Part shown: one piece after another, positions 8,949-18,903 of the stretch
How positions within the stretch are numbered: the stretch's first letter is position 1
Layout: the number at the start of each line of letters is the position of its first letter
Assembly (NCBI GenBank): GCA_964365305.1
Contig: CAYIPG010000001.1
Coordinates: 2,214-66,213, forward strand
Reading direction: 5' to 3'
Length of the DNA stretch: 64,000 bases
Source of the DNA: an uncultured Candidatus Saccharibacteria bacterium
Lineage (GTDB): Bacteria > Patescibacteriota > Minisyncoccia > JACQLN01
Position numbers and translations under genes: made by a program
The notes under the pieces: generated by a model
Databases searched by the model: none
What the model was told of the DNA's origin: nothing
The model's input: the letters and a program-made list of their open reading frames with translations, nothing else

Positions 8949-10207
8949 AAAGATAGAGTATTAAAAGATTTTTGCGGATCTGGATTTACACTCGCTAAAA
9001 TATCGGCAATTTTATTTCCAGCGTTGCCGTTGCCAAACATGGTATTACGGGGATACTTTCCAATTTTCAACTGGCGCTTAACCGCTGTTATAATTTCGCT
9101 TGAATCCATTTTTGTTTCAATAACATTATCTCCACGCTCCCGACTGTTTTGACGAGAACCGACTAGCACCACCGGCGTGCCAAAATAAGCCCCTTCTCTT
9201 ATAAAACTAGATGAATTGCCGATAGCGCAAGAGGACTTATTCAAAAGTCTATAAAAATCATCGGGCGGCAAGTGTTTGGTGAAAAAAACTTTAAACTTCT
9301 TTTCTTGATTGGCCCACTCCTTGATTATTCTGCCAAGTTCAGCCGAACCGGCGTCTATGTTTGAGCCCAACAGAACAACATTCATACCTAGTTCGTCCAA
9401 CGACCTTATCAAAACATTGGCCATTGTTTTATTTTCCTCTTTAGAAGCGGTGGTCACTGGATGCATAAGAACCAATAAAAAATTTTCACCTACTTTATCA
9501 ATAATATCAATATCCGAGACGGTGTTTTTATTTAATCGACAAACGGCGTCTATCGCCGGCGAGCCGACATTAAAAACAAATTCGGGATTCTCGCCCATTT
9601 GAATCACCCGTTTTCGGCTGGCTTCGGTGGAAGTAAAATGGAGATGAGCTAATTTAGTAATGGCATGGCGAACGCTTTCGTCCAAAGTGCCGCTTAAATC
9701 GCCGCCTTCGTTGTGGGCTATGGGCACATTAAGATAAGAAGCCGCAACCGCCACCGCTATCATTTCAAAGCGGTCGGCGTTTACAAAAACGATATCCGGT
9801 TTTAATTGTTTGAGTTTGTCCACCAATTTTATAATTCCCAATCCGGCCGACTTGGCCATGGTTTCTGAATTGCCGCCATCCAGAAAAAAAGAAACATAAC
9901 CGTTTACACTAAAACCGTCTTTCAATAAACTTTTTGCCAAAAAATCATTTTTAAGAACATAATCTTTTCCCAGAAACGATCTAAGGCGCCCCAAAACATA
10001 CCATGGCAACGCTAAAAGCCACGATCGGGGCCGACTATGTTTGATATTGGCAAAAAAATTGTCGTAGGCCGCCGGCACGCCCACGATTATTTGAAGTTCC
10101 AAACCCGGATGATTTTTAATAGCGCTAAGAACCGTTCTTAAGCGGCCATAATGCGCTCGGTTAAAAATCGGCACCAGGATTTTTCTTTTCCCGACCAATG
10201 TTGTCAT
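8945..10207 (-). CDS. neuC: Hydrolysing UDP-GlcNAc 2-epimerase
   Basis: NRAHYG, ADRFE, HNEGGDLSGTLDESVRHAITKLAHLHF, GNSSS. Confidence 0.9.
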   Translation of the reverse strand: MTTLVGKRKILVPIFNRAHYGRLRTVLSAIKNHPGLELQIIVGVPAAYDNFFANIKHSRPRSWLLALPWYVLGRLRSFLGKDYVLKNDFLAKSLLKDGFSVNGYVSFFLDGGNSETMAKSAGLGIIKLVDKLKQLKPDIVFVNADRFEMIAVAVAASYLNVPIAHNEGGDLSGTLDESVRHAITKLAHLHFTSTEASRKRVIQMGENPEFVFNVGSPAIDAVCRLNKNTVSDIDIIDKVGENFLLVLMHPVTTASKEENKTMANVLIRSLDELGMNVVLLGSNIDAGSAELGRIIKEWANQEKKFKVFFTKHLPPDDFYRLLNKSSCAIGNSSSFIREGAYFGTPVVLVGSRQNSRERGDNVIETKMDSSEIITAVKRQLKIGKYPRNTMFGNGNAGNKIADILASVNPDPQKSFNTLSL

Positions 10208-11313
10208 GATATAAATTCAACCGGAATCGGTTCGCCTTTCTTTAAGTCCGCCGCGGCTTTTTGGCCCAAAATCTCTTCGTATTTTTCCGATGGCAAACCG
10301 GCCAGATAGGCCTGCGGCCGCATCGCCCATAATTTTTCGGAACTGATAACTTCCCCTTTTTTAATATCACAAGCGGCCGCTAAGGTTTTTCTAAAAAACG
10401 GCCGAAATTGTTCCTCGCCGCTTTGCAAAATTTTATCGACTTGTCCCAGGCCGGCTTTTACAACTTCTTTGTTTAGATATTCTTCTTTCAGGCGCGGATC
10501 TGTTTCTATTTTCCTGACACCATCAACCAAAAACTTCAACTCATCCGGCGTCAGGGCAACTTTATGATCCGAACCCCACAGATCGCGGCTTAGCGAAAAA
10601 TGTTTTTCTATTATAGTGGCGCCCAAAGCCACCGACGCCAAAGCCGAATCAATGCCAATAGAGTGATCCGAAAAACCAACCGGAACATTGTATCTTTGTT
10701 TAAAAAATTCCACAGTGCGTAAATTCAAATCCTCGGTGGGGCAGGGATATTTTGAAACGCAGTGCATCAAAGCCAATGGGGTGCCGCGCCGTTTTAAAAA
10801 ATCAACCGAATTGTCAACTTCTGCCAAAGTGCTCATACCGCCCGAAATTATTATGGGCTTTTTTGTTGAAGCCAAATAATCCAGCATCACAAAATCCAAA
10901 ATATCGCCCGAGCCGACTTTCCATAATTCCACGCCCACTTCTTCGTTCAAAAGTTTAGCCGCGCCGCGAGTCATCGGCGTGGAAAAAAATAAAATGCCGA
11001 TTTCGTCGCAATATTTTTTTAATTCCCGCCAAAACCAAACCGGCGTGGCCAAAGTATTGCGCTTGACCCAGTTGTATCGGTCGGCGCCCTTAAAATGCGG
11101 CGCGACCACACTGATGTTGGCCTGTTCATCCTCTACGGTGTGGGTTTGAAATTTAACGGCGTCGGCCCCGGCTTCTTTAGCCAATTTCGCCAATTCTTTA
11201 GCATTCCGCAGATATGTTTCAACCGTCTGATCCGCTTCCGTTTGAATAAACCCCTTGCCCACTTCGGCCACCACCAATACGCCTTTAGAAATTTTGTCCC
11301 AAAAATTGCTCAT
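10204..11313 (-). CDS. neuB: Nonulosonate synthase with C-terminal SAF/AFL domain
   Basis: GADAVKFQ, KVGSGD, HCVSKYP, GFSDHS, IEKHF, DH; RP..GL SAF tail. Confidence 0.92.
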   Translation of the reverse strand: MSNFWDKISKGVLVVAEVGKGFIQTEADQTVETYLRNAKELAKLAKEAGADAVKFQTHTVEDEQANISVVAPHFKGADRYNWVKRNTLATPVWFWRELKKYCDEIGILFFSTPMTRGAAKLLNEEVGVELWKVGSGDILDFVMLDYLASTKKPIIISGGMSTLAEVDNSVDFLKRRGTPLALMHCVSKYPCPTEDLNLRTVEFFKQRYNVPVGFSDHSIGIDSALASVALGATIIEKHFSLSRDLWGSDHKVALTPDELKFLVDGVRKIETDPRLKEEYLNKEVVKAGLGQVDKILQSGEEQFRPFFRKTLAAACDIKKGEVISSEKLWAMRPQAYLAGLPSEKYEEILGQKAAADLKKGEPIPVEFIS

Positions 11314-12281
11314 GATATTTTTTTATCTTCCCAATTATAAACCCAGTCGTTATTTATCAAACTGGCGAAGCGGCCGCGATAATAATCGCGGTTCAACATT
11401 TCAGTATGAGTCATCTCCCTTTGGGGCAAACCGACCATTTCTTTCCAATCAGGAATTTCTTTTTCAACTATATTTTTTTGTTCCTCTTTTGATAATTTAG
11501 CAAAATCGGATAAGTCCTTTAACAACTCCGGCGTTATGGAAACCGGACCGTCCTTGGTTTTATCGGCCGGCAGAATCGTAAAATGCCTTTCAATATAATC
11601 CGCCCCTAACATTATCGCCGCTTTGGATACCTTAATACCATCGCGAGAAATCAGAGTATGGTCCGACCAACCAATGCGGGGAGTAAATTGACGCAACCAA
11701 TCCAGACGAGCTAAGTTAGCCATGGCCAGAGTATTGGGATAATTGGTAACGCAGTGTAAAAAAACAAAGTCCTTATTTTTTGATTTTAAGATCTCGGCGG
11801 TTTTTTTAATTTCCTCGTCAAACGAAGCGCCGGTGGAAATTATCAAATTATCAAAATTATCCGATAGTTCCGAAACCATAGCATGACTGCCGCAATCATA
11901 ACTGGCCACCTTAACCATTTTTTGACTGGCGTAGGGCAAAGCAGCGGCCAATGGAATTCTGTTTCTGGAAAAAACTGTAAGCATCGGCGCTACACCGACT
12001 TTATTGCATTCGTCCACAAAAAACTTGTAGTCATCTGCCGTTAAATCAACACCCCGCAATCTTTCCAGTTCGGCCTGATATGGCCGCTTGATAGTTGTGC
12101 GAACACCGTTGTTTTCTTCGTGGCCTTCTTCAAACCGTTCGCGGCAAGTTAGATCCTCCGAGAATATAATTTGCCCCTTAACAATATCGGCGCCGTTTTC
12201 TTTAGCGGCATAAATCATATCTCTCAAAATTTGACGGTCGCCGTTGTGATTTTGGCAAATTTCAACGATTATTTTAGGCAT
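11310..12281 (-). CDS. neuB: Divergent nonulosonate synthase lacking the SAF domain
   Basis: EICQNHNG, KVAS, HCVTNYP, GWSDHT, IERHFT. Confidence 0.85.
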   Translation of the reverse strand: MPKIIVEICQNHNGDRQILRDMIYAAKENGADIVKGQIIFSEDLTCRERFEEGHEENNGVRTTIKRPYQAELERLRGVDLTADDYKFFVDECNKVGVAPMLTVFSRNRIPLAAALPYASQKMVKVASYDCGSHAMVSELSDNFDNLIISTGASFDEEIKKTAEILKSKNKDFVFLHCVTNYPNTLAMANLARLDWLRQFTPRIGWSDHTLISRDGIKVSKAAIMLGADYIERHFTILPADKTKDGPVSITPELLKDLSDFAKLSKEEQKNIVEKEIPDWKEMVGLPQREMTHTEMLNRDYYRGRFASLINNDWVYNWEDKKIS

Positions 12282-12347
12282 GTAATTCTACTTTTTTTGT
12301 ATAATAATATAACCCTAAAACTAGCAAATTTGTATCCGCTAGGCAAA

Positions 12348-12486
12348 CCCCGTAAAGCAACTTTGGCCAATCAAAATAGCTGCGCTAATGGTGATATAAT
12401 GTCTATTAAAAAATAAGATTTTCCAAGATATAATAGTCCTAATGAAGTTTGATTGAGAAAGCAGCTGCCAAAGTTGTCTGACGGGG
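12348..12486. other. Structured intergenic element bounded by a 20-bp imperfect inverted repeat
   Basis: 12348-12367 vs 12467-12486 match 17/20; inner caatcaaa/tttgattg pair. Confidence 0.55.
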
Positions 12487-12491
12487 CAAAC

Positions 12492-12527
12492 AAAAAACCG
12501 CCCCGGGCTGTTGGCGAGGGGCGGGTT
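12492..12527 (-). terminator. Intrinsic terminator
   Basis: ccgcccc...ggggcgg stem followed by a T-run on the minus strand. Confidence 0.65.
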
Positions 12528-12541
12528 AAGAAAATCCAAGG

Positions 12542-13723
12542 CTAAGCCTTGGATGTAAGTTTTTCGGCTATCAACTTAGCTGCGTAACGATTGCCGTCTA
12601 AAGTCCCAAATTTTTCTAATAGTTCCTGATTGAACGCGCGGATGGCTGGTTTCATTTTTTCTGCCTCTGCGATCATTTCCCCCAGACCTTGGCCGCGATA
12701 CACAATGCCCAAGCCCAGTTTTTCAACACAGCGATTGTTAAAATAAATTTCGGGATCATCCTTGGGATCAAAATCAGGCACCACTAAGGGCGTTCCGGAA
12801 AGTTGCGACAACCAAACCGAGCCCCAGCCCGAACGGGCAAACTGGAAAATTATTTTGGGGTTGGAAACAACATGCGGCAAAAGTTTTTCCGACCCCGGCA
12901 CTGTTTTGGGATCGTTGCTGTAAATTTTTAAGCCCAATTGTTCGGCTTCTTTATACAACCGCTCCAAACCGGGAATGCCGGTTATGGTCACATAGATGCC
13001 TTCGGCAATATCGTCGTTGTTTGGAACTGGGGGATAAATCGTTGGCGGGATCAAAACCTCTTTAGGATAGGGCTGACGATTGGCCATATAAGAAAAAGTT
13101 CCGGGATGAGCCAAACCGATAAATTGGTATTGGGATTCAATTTCTTCGGCCAGCGGAATGACTCTTTTAACCAATTCCCGATCTACCGCAATTTCCTCTT
13201 TGGAAATAGTCAGAGTATTTTTCAATATTTCGGAAATATGCCCAAAACTAACCCCGAAACAAACCGACAGACCATATTTGACCCGGCCGGAGCGGGAAAG
13301 TTCTAAAACAATATCCCCGCCCGAAACAACTTTTTTATGGCCAGCCAAATCCTCTACTTCAATTTCTCCTTTTAAGTAGTCAGTGGCCGCCGAATTAACT
13401 TCGTTAAATTTGTCGGCCCAGATTTCCAACGCTTGCTGATAGGTATTATCGCCGTAAAAAATGGTTTTTAAAATTTCTCCCAACCGAGAGCACAACAATA
13501 TCTCGCCGGGATATTGTTGATTGGCGGCGCTAAACTCCTCCAGCATAATCCGCTTTTGTTTTTCGCCATAAACCCACGGCGCGATAATGCCAAAGCGTTC
13601 CCGACCCTGCGATTCCAACTCCTCATTGATGGCCAAAACCAGTTCGGTGGTTCTTAAATACGGCCCGGTGCCATAAGCAAAATTGGTGACAATAAACTTA
13701 TTTATTCTTGAAACCTTTTTCAT
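12542..13723 (-). CDS. Putative GT-B fold glycosyltransferase-like protein
   Basis: N-terminal YGTGP loop; ARSGWGS...GTPLVVP...E resembles a MurG/GT28 C-domain. Confidence 0.55.
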   Translation of the reverse strand: MKKVSRINKFIVTNFAYGTGPYLRTTELVLAINEELESQGRERFGIIAPWVYGEKQKRIMLEEFSAANQQYPGEILLCSRLGEILKTIFYGDNTYQQALEIWADKFNEVNSAATDYLKGEIEVEDLAGHKKVVSGGDIVLELSRSGRVKYGLSVCFGVSFGHISEILKNTLTISKEEIAVDRELVKRVIPLAEEIESQYQFIGLAHPGTFSYMANRQPYPKEVLIPPTIYPPVPNNDDIAEGIYVTITGIPGLERLYKEAEQLGLKIYSNDPKTVPGSEKLLPHVVSNPKIIFQFARSGWGSVWLSQLSGTPLVVPDFDPKDDPEIYFNNRCVEKLGLGIVYRGQGLGEMIAEAEKMKPAIRAFNQELLEKFGTLDGNRYAAKLIAEKLTSKA

Positions 13724-13806
13724 ATGAATTGAATACAGATTGACCCATTTAAAACACTTATATATACTAACTGCAAACCCAAATTTTAATCAAGAAAAAT
13801 TGTTAA

Positions 13807-14589
13807 ATGAACCAGCGAGAATATTATAATCTTTATAAAGTTGAAAAATTTTATTGGTGGTTCGTCGGCCGGCGATTTATCATAAAAAACATAATAAATA
13901 AATATATCTCCAAAACAACCTGCCTTAGAATTCTTGATTATGGTTCTGGAACAGGCGGTAATTTTTCTTTACTAAATGAGTTTGGTAATACGGTCGGCGC
14001 AGAGGTGTCAACTGTGGCAATAGAACTTTCAAAACAAAACTTTCCTAGTAATAAAGTTTACACAATAAATAAGGATCAAGCATTGCCATTTCCAGACAAC
14101 CACTTTGATTTGATAACACTATTGGATGTTTTAGAACATGTTAAAGATGACATAAAATTACTAAGCGAAATAAAAAGACACTTAAAGCCAAATGGAAACA
14201 TGTTAATAACTGTGCCGGCTTACCAATTTTTGTGGTCGGAACATGATGAGGCCTTAGGCCATTTCAGAAGGTACACCTTAAAAAATCTAACTAAAAAACT
14301 AGAAACTACTGGTTTCAAAGTTACCTACGCCACTTATACTATGTCTCTATTGTTTCCCCTAATGGTGTTTTACAGATTAATCCAGCAGTTAGTCAGTAAA
14401 AGTAAATCAACAGCACTTTTACACCCCACGGTTTCTTACCTCAATATTCCTACGCCTGTGAATTACCTATTAGTATCCATACTAAAACTGGAATCCTTGC
14501 TACTAGGGATTATGAAATTTCCTTTTGGGATGTCAGTTGCAATTTTAGCCCAAACACATAATGAACTGTCCAATTTGCCGCAGCGTTAA
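13807..14589 (+). CDS. Class I SAM-dependent methyltransferase
   Basis: ILDYGSGTG, FDLITLLDVLEH, GHFRRY. Confidence 0.9.
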   Translation: MNQREYYNLYKVEKFYWWFVGRRFIIKNIINKYISKTTCLRILDYGSGTGGNFSLLNEFGNTVGAEVSTVAIELSKQNFPSNKVYTINKDQALPFPDNHFDLITLLDVLEHVKDDIKLLSEIKRHLKPNGNMLITVPAYQFLWSEHDEALGHFRRYTLKNLTKKLETTGFKVTYATYTMSLLFPLMVFYRLIQQLVSKSKSTALLHPTVSYLNIPTPVNYLLVSILKLESLLLGIMKFPFGMSVAILAQTHNELSNLPQR

Positions 14590-15445
14590 AATAAGCAAAA
14601 AAAACCACATCCGCTATCGTAATTTATCAATCTGCCGACAATGCGGGGTTGTTTTTGTTTATCCTCAACCCCATAAAAAATCTATCGCCCAATTATACGA
14701 TTCTTCTTACTTTAAAAACGACCAATCACACCTGTGCGGGTATGAAAACTATGAAAAAGACAGAAAACTTATAATTAAAACGGCTCACCGACGATTAGAA
14801 TTTATAGAAAAAAACTGCCAACTCCGAGGTAAATTATTAGACATCGGTTGTTCTATGGGCTTCTTTCTAAAAGCAGCGGAGGATCGGGGCTGGAAAGTGC
14901 GCGGCATTGATATCTCAGAAAACGCTATAACAACCGCCCAAAAAGAGTTGATAGGTAAAGTCGCGGCAACCACTTTAGAAAAATCCAGCTTCCCCGACAA
15001 CCACTTCAACATAATCACGCTTTGGGATACTTTAGAACATGTCCCCGATCCAGTCCAAACAATATCTCAATGCTACCGCATTCTGAAACCTGGCGGGTGT
15101 TTGGTTCTGACCGTTCCCGCTATAAACAGCTGGCCTGCCAAAATAATGGGTACTAACTGGATGGGTTACAAAGACGAACATCTGTTCTATTTCACCAGTC
15201 GTTCCTTAAAAATACTTCTGTCTCAAGCTGGGTTTGAGGTAAAAAAAATCCGATATACCGGCAAGTATATTTATCTCAACATGTTCACTAAAAGATTATC
15301 TTTGTATAGTGTTCCTATGGCGGCTATTATACAAAAACTTATTAACCTCCTAAGATTAAACACTCACAGTATCTACATAAACCCATTGGATATTGTAATG
15401 GTCATGTCTCAAAAACAAATGCACACCGATAATCATTTGCAATAA
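14561..15445 (+). CDS. Class I SAM-dependent methyltransferase with N-terminal Zn ribbon
   Basis: CPIC..CRQC; LLDIGCSMG; WDTLEHVPDP; EHLFYF. Confidence 0.9.
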   Translation: MNCPICRSVKISKKNHIRYRNLSICRQCGVVFVYPQPHKKSIAQLYDSSYFKNDQSHLCGYENYEKDRKLIIKTAHRRLEFIEKNCQLRGKLLDIGCSMGFFLKAAEDRGWKVRGIDISENAITTAQKELIGKVAATTLEKSSFPDNHFNIITLWDTLEHVPDPVQTISQCYRILKPGGCLVLTVPAINSWPAKIMGTNWMGYKDEHLFYFTSRSLKILLSQAGFEVKKIRYTGKYIYLNMFTKRLSLYSVPMAAIIQKLINLLRLNTHSIYINPLDIVMVMSQKQMHTDNHLQ

Positions 15446-15465
15446 AAAAACCTTCAGCCAAAAAA

Positions 15466-17868
15466 TCATCTAAAAAAATTGAGATCCGGCAAATAGTATG
15501 AATATTTAAAATCAACAATATGCTCACCCGGCGGAATAAAAACACCCATATAAACTGTGTTAACCTCATATATTTTTGCCTCTTTACCATCCACAAAAGC
15601 TTTCCAGCCGGGATAATTATTTTGAGAAAATATTAAAAACTGGTTATCGGCAGAATCTGTTTTGACTTTAAATAAAGTATTTTTCTTTTCCTGTAATTCA
15701 ATATTCCCCATCGCCGAAAAAACAGTAGAGTCACAATCGGCGCATTTTACAAAAATAGGATTTTCTTCCCCCGCCAATCCAGATTCTATGAAGTTTTGAA
15801 AAATATTATCATTATTCGCGCCGAAACCATTGATTTTTTTAACAAAATAAAACGTGGGTTTAGCGTCGCTGTTATCATATATTGATAATCCAACGGTTTC
15901 CCCAGTCTTCTTGCTTTGAACAAATGGTAAAATAAATGCCCGGCCCAGACCAAGGGGGCTAAAATCAACACTGCTAAGTATATAACGGACTCCCAGAAAA
16001 TTAAATATAAACAGACGCTTTTTTAGAATTTTTATCTTTTCATCAACAGCTATAGGCGCGGTGGCTAAATCGTAAGAAACAACCGAGGATAATCCGGAAT
16101 CCATTTCAAAAGATTTTATATCTTCTTTGGGATAGGGTGAAACAAAAAGTTCCCCGGACGGAACAAGAATCATCTTCCATAACCGACTAGTATTAAAACT
16201 AAGAAGCTTCTCATAATAACCGCCACTGTCTAATCCGTAAAAAAGATTCAAATTGGGTTTAATCCATAAAGTATTATTTTTTTCTTTTCTGATCTCATCA
16301 CCTCCCTCAGCTAACTGTTTATCTAATTCTTCGGGAAACAAAGTTATATAGCGCCCGGGATTTGCCCGCAAAAACCCTACGTTGGACAGTTCTTTGTATT
16401 TGTAAGATATGGGGTCATTCACATCAAACGAAAAAGCAGAAACCAAGACAAAATCAAAAACGGTAATAAAAATCAAAACCAGCAAGGGCAACCTGCTGTA
16501 TTTCTCTCCGTATAAAAACTTCATAGACAAATATCCTATAACCAAAAACAAAAAAGGAATCAGCATTTTCCCATAAACCACTACATTATTAAAATCCTTG
16601 ATGTACTTTATTCTAAAATAAAAAACAAACGCCAGTGTGACCAGAATGGCGCTAATCCCAATGACAGATAAAAGAATAAGTGCTGACTTCTTTTCGGGTT
16701 GTGATTCTTTTTTAATAAAAAAATCGGCAGCCAATCCTATTAGAATCGCTGAAGCAAAAGATCCTATTAGCATAAACCGGCTGGGAACTCTAAAAGCGTT
16801 AAGAATCGGGATTTTCGTTATTATCCAAAATAAGGGTGAATATTTAAGACCGATCGCAAGGGATGCCAAAAACAGCCACCGAAAAAATCTTAGAAAGGGA
16901 ACTCTGATAAAAAAAGAGGCTGCCAAAAACAAGAATGGAATGGCGCCCACATATAAGGACTCTTCAGACCCTTGGGTCGCGTTATCACGAGAAATATAAA
17001 TCGGCAGATCGGAATAGAAATCTGGGAGGAAAAAACGAGGCAGATCTACCGGACGAATTGAGTGCTCGGAAAGAAGATTATAAGGTATAGGCATCCCCCG
17101 TGAAGACATCTGCGCCACCCAGAAAGTTGGCCAGATTTGAACAGCCCCAATCATAATACCGACGATATTTATCAAAACAAAACTGAATAAAATCCTCTTT
17201 CTTTTTTCAGTATTTTTAATAGCCAAATAAATTGCAAAAAATCCAGCCGCGATAATTATCCAGAGAACAAAATGGGGCGTTATTGACAACCAACTTAAAC
17301 CTATTGCCAAGCCACCCCAAAAAACATACCACCGTGGACGCTCGGATTTATTTATTTTTAAAATTATTAGAAACAGCAGGGGTAAAAGAACTAATGAGTA
17401 AGCAACAGATGTTATGTGGCCAAAAAAGTATTGTTCACTGATAACAAAACTAAGACCACCAATAATAGAAGCATGGATGCCAAGTCCCAGTTCTTTTAAA
17501 AATAGAATAGTAAAAAATAGAGCAAAAACAGATGATAAGAAAATGAGCCAGTAGAAAGCCACCGTAGCAGAAAAAAAGATTATAAAAATCCAGTGTAGTG
17601 GAAAGAAAAAACCGCCTAAACTTGCGTAAATAGGAAACCCGCCAGCATTTTGAGGATTCCATAACATGCCAGAAAAAATATTCTCCTTCAAAAAATTCAG
17701 GTAAGGAATATTAAAAAGTAACGGATCACCACCTATTACCTTATCGGAAAATAAAAAAGGCCAATAGACCAGCATCATAATAAAAACAGATGCCGTCAAA
17801 CTACCCCACCATTTTTGCAAAAAATCCTCTAAAAACTTCATAGGTCGTCCTATTAGTTTATACACCAC
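15466..17868 (-). CDS. YfhO-family GT-C membrane glycosyltransferase
   Basis: LWNPQNAGGFP, FRVPSRF, C-terminal YPGWKAFVDG...IPPGEHIVDFKY; many TM helices; real start may be 17841. Confidence 0.82.
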   Translation of the reverse strand: MVYKLIGRPMKFLEDFLQKWWGSLTASVFIMMLVYWPFLFSDKVIGGDPLLFNIPYLNFLKENIFSGMLWNPQNAGGFPIYASLGGFFFPLHWIFIIFFSATVAFYWLIFLSSVFALFFTILFLKELGLGIHASIIGGLSFVISEQYFFGHITSVAYSLVLLPLLFLIILKINKSERPRWYVFWGGLAIGLSWLSITPHFVLWIIIAAGFFAIYLAIKNTEKRKRILFSFVLINIVGIMIGAVQIWPTFWVAQMSSRGMPIPYNLLSEHSIRPVDLPRFFLPDFYSDLPIYISRDNATQGSEESLYVGAIPFLFLAASFFIRVPFLRFFRWLFLASLAIGLKYSPLFWIITKIPILNAFRVPSRFMLIGSFASAILIGLAADFFIKKESQPEKKSALILLSVIGISAILVTLAFVFYFRIKYIKDFNNVVVYGKMLIPFLFLVIGYLSMKFLYGEKYSRLPLLVLIFITVFDFVLVSAFSFDVNDPISYKYKELSNVGFLRANPGRYITLFPEELDKQLAEGGDEIRKEKNNTLWIKPNLNLFYGLDSGGYYEKLLSFNTSRLWKMILVPSGELFVSPYPKEDIKSFEMDSGLSSVVSYDLATAPIAVDEKIKILKKRLFIFNFLGVRYILSSVDFSPLGLGRAFILPFVQSKKTGETVGLSIYDNSDAKPTFYFVKKINGFGANNDNIFQNFIESGLAGEENPIFVKCADCDSTVFSAMGNIELQEKKNTLFKVKTDSADNQFLIFSQNNYPGWKAFVDGKEAKIYEVNTVYMGVFIPPGEHIVDFKYSYYLPDLNFFR

Positions 17869-17943
17869 TATTATATATCACTGCTACGATAGAAAAATCA
17901 AAGGAATATGGTAATTAATGAGCGTAAGGAAATAATTTTATAT

Positions 17944-18903
17944 CTATTTTTTTAGAAAATTAAAAACCGATTCAGCAATAAAATCTTGAGTAACTGCCAT
18001 CGCCTCATAAGTAGCGCCGCCGATATGGGGCGCGATGATTAAATTCTGATGAGTTTTGGTATATTTCCAAAGCTGGTCTTTTTTTAGATGACTACCATCA
18101 CTGCGTTCATCCCACATTACATCTATGCCCGCGCCGGCGATCCGTTTGTTTTTTAAGGCGTTATATAAAACATTTTTTTCTATCAACTCTGCCCGAGCGG
18201 TGTTTATCAAATAAGCCGATGGTTTCATGGAACGCAAATGTTTTTCTTTTATTAAATTTTGGGTTTGATCGGTTAGTAAAACATGAAGTGAAACAATATC
18301 TGATCTCTTAAATAGTCCATCCATATTAATCTTGACCACGCCCCGCGATTTCATAAACTTCTCTGAAACATTGGGGTCGCAGGCCATAACTTTCATATTA
18401 AAGGCCTTGGCGTAGCGAGCCATAATTTTGCCTAAACGACCGAAACCCAAAAGACCGACGCTTTTCCCTAAAAGTTGGTGCCCGCTCCAACTGGAACTGT
18501 TCCAACCACCTAATTTAACATCATCAAAAGCCGCGGGAATATTTCTAAGCAAAGATATTATCAATCCGAAAGTTAATTCGGCCGTTGAGGGAATATTTTT
18601 TAAAAAACTTTTTTGTCCGCGTAAAGAAATTATTTTTACGCCCTTAGCTTTGGCGTATTTTGTATCAATATGGTTAAGACCTGTGGTGGAAGTGGCGATA
18701 ATTTTTAGATTAGACATCTTGGCCATCAGTTCGCCGGAAACAGTAAGGCCAAGGCGCACAACCAAAATATTAATTTGAGGAAAAATTTTATTTTTTTCTT
18801 TAGAGCTTAAATTCTCCAAAAAATAAATCGACCCTAGTTTTTTATAAATAGCTAGGGCCTTAGACGAATAATTACTTTCGGCAATCAATATTTTTAATTT
18901 CAT
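17944..18903 (-). CDS. D-isomer-specific 2-hydroxyacid dehydrogenase (SerA-like, no ACT domain)
   Basis: TAE, GFGRLG, INTARA, PHIGGAT. Confidence 0.88.
   Translation of the reverse strand: MKLKILIAESNYSSKALAIYKKLGSIYFLENLSSKEKNKIFPQINILVVRLGLTVSGELMAKMSNLKIIATSTTGLNHIDTKYAKAKGVKIISLRGQKSFLKNIPSTAELTFGLIISLLRNIPAAFDDVKLGGWNSSSWSGHQLLGKSVGLLGFGRLGKIMARYAKAFNMKVMACDPNVSEKFMKSRGVVKINMDGLFKRSDIVSLHVLLTDQTQNLIKEKHLRSMKPSAYLINTARAELIEKNVLYNALKNKRIAGAGIDVMWDERSDGSHLKKDQLWKYTKTHQNLIIAPHIGGATYEAMAVTQDFIAESVFNFLKK

Noticed and set aside
12339-12539. 66-aa minus-strand ORF
   Set aside because: Runs through a terminator and the inverted-repeat element; no recognisable protein features
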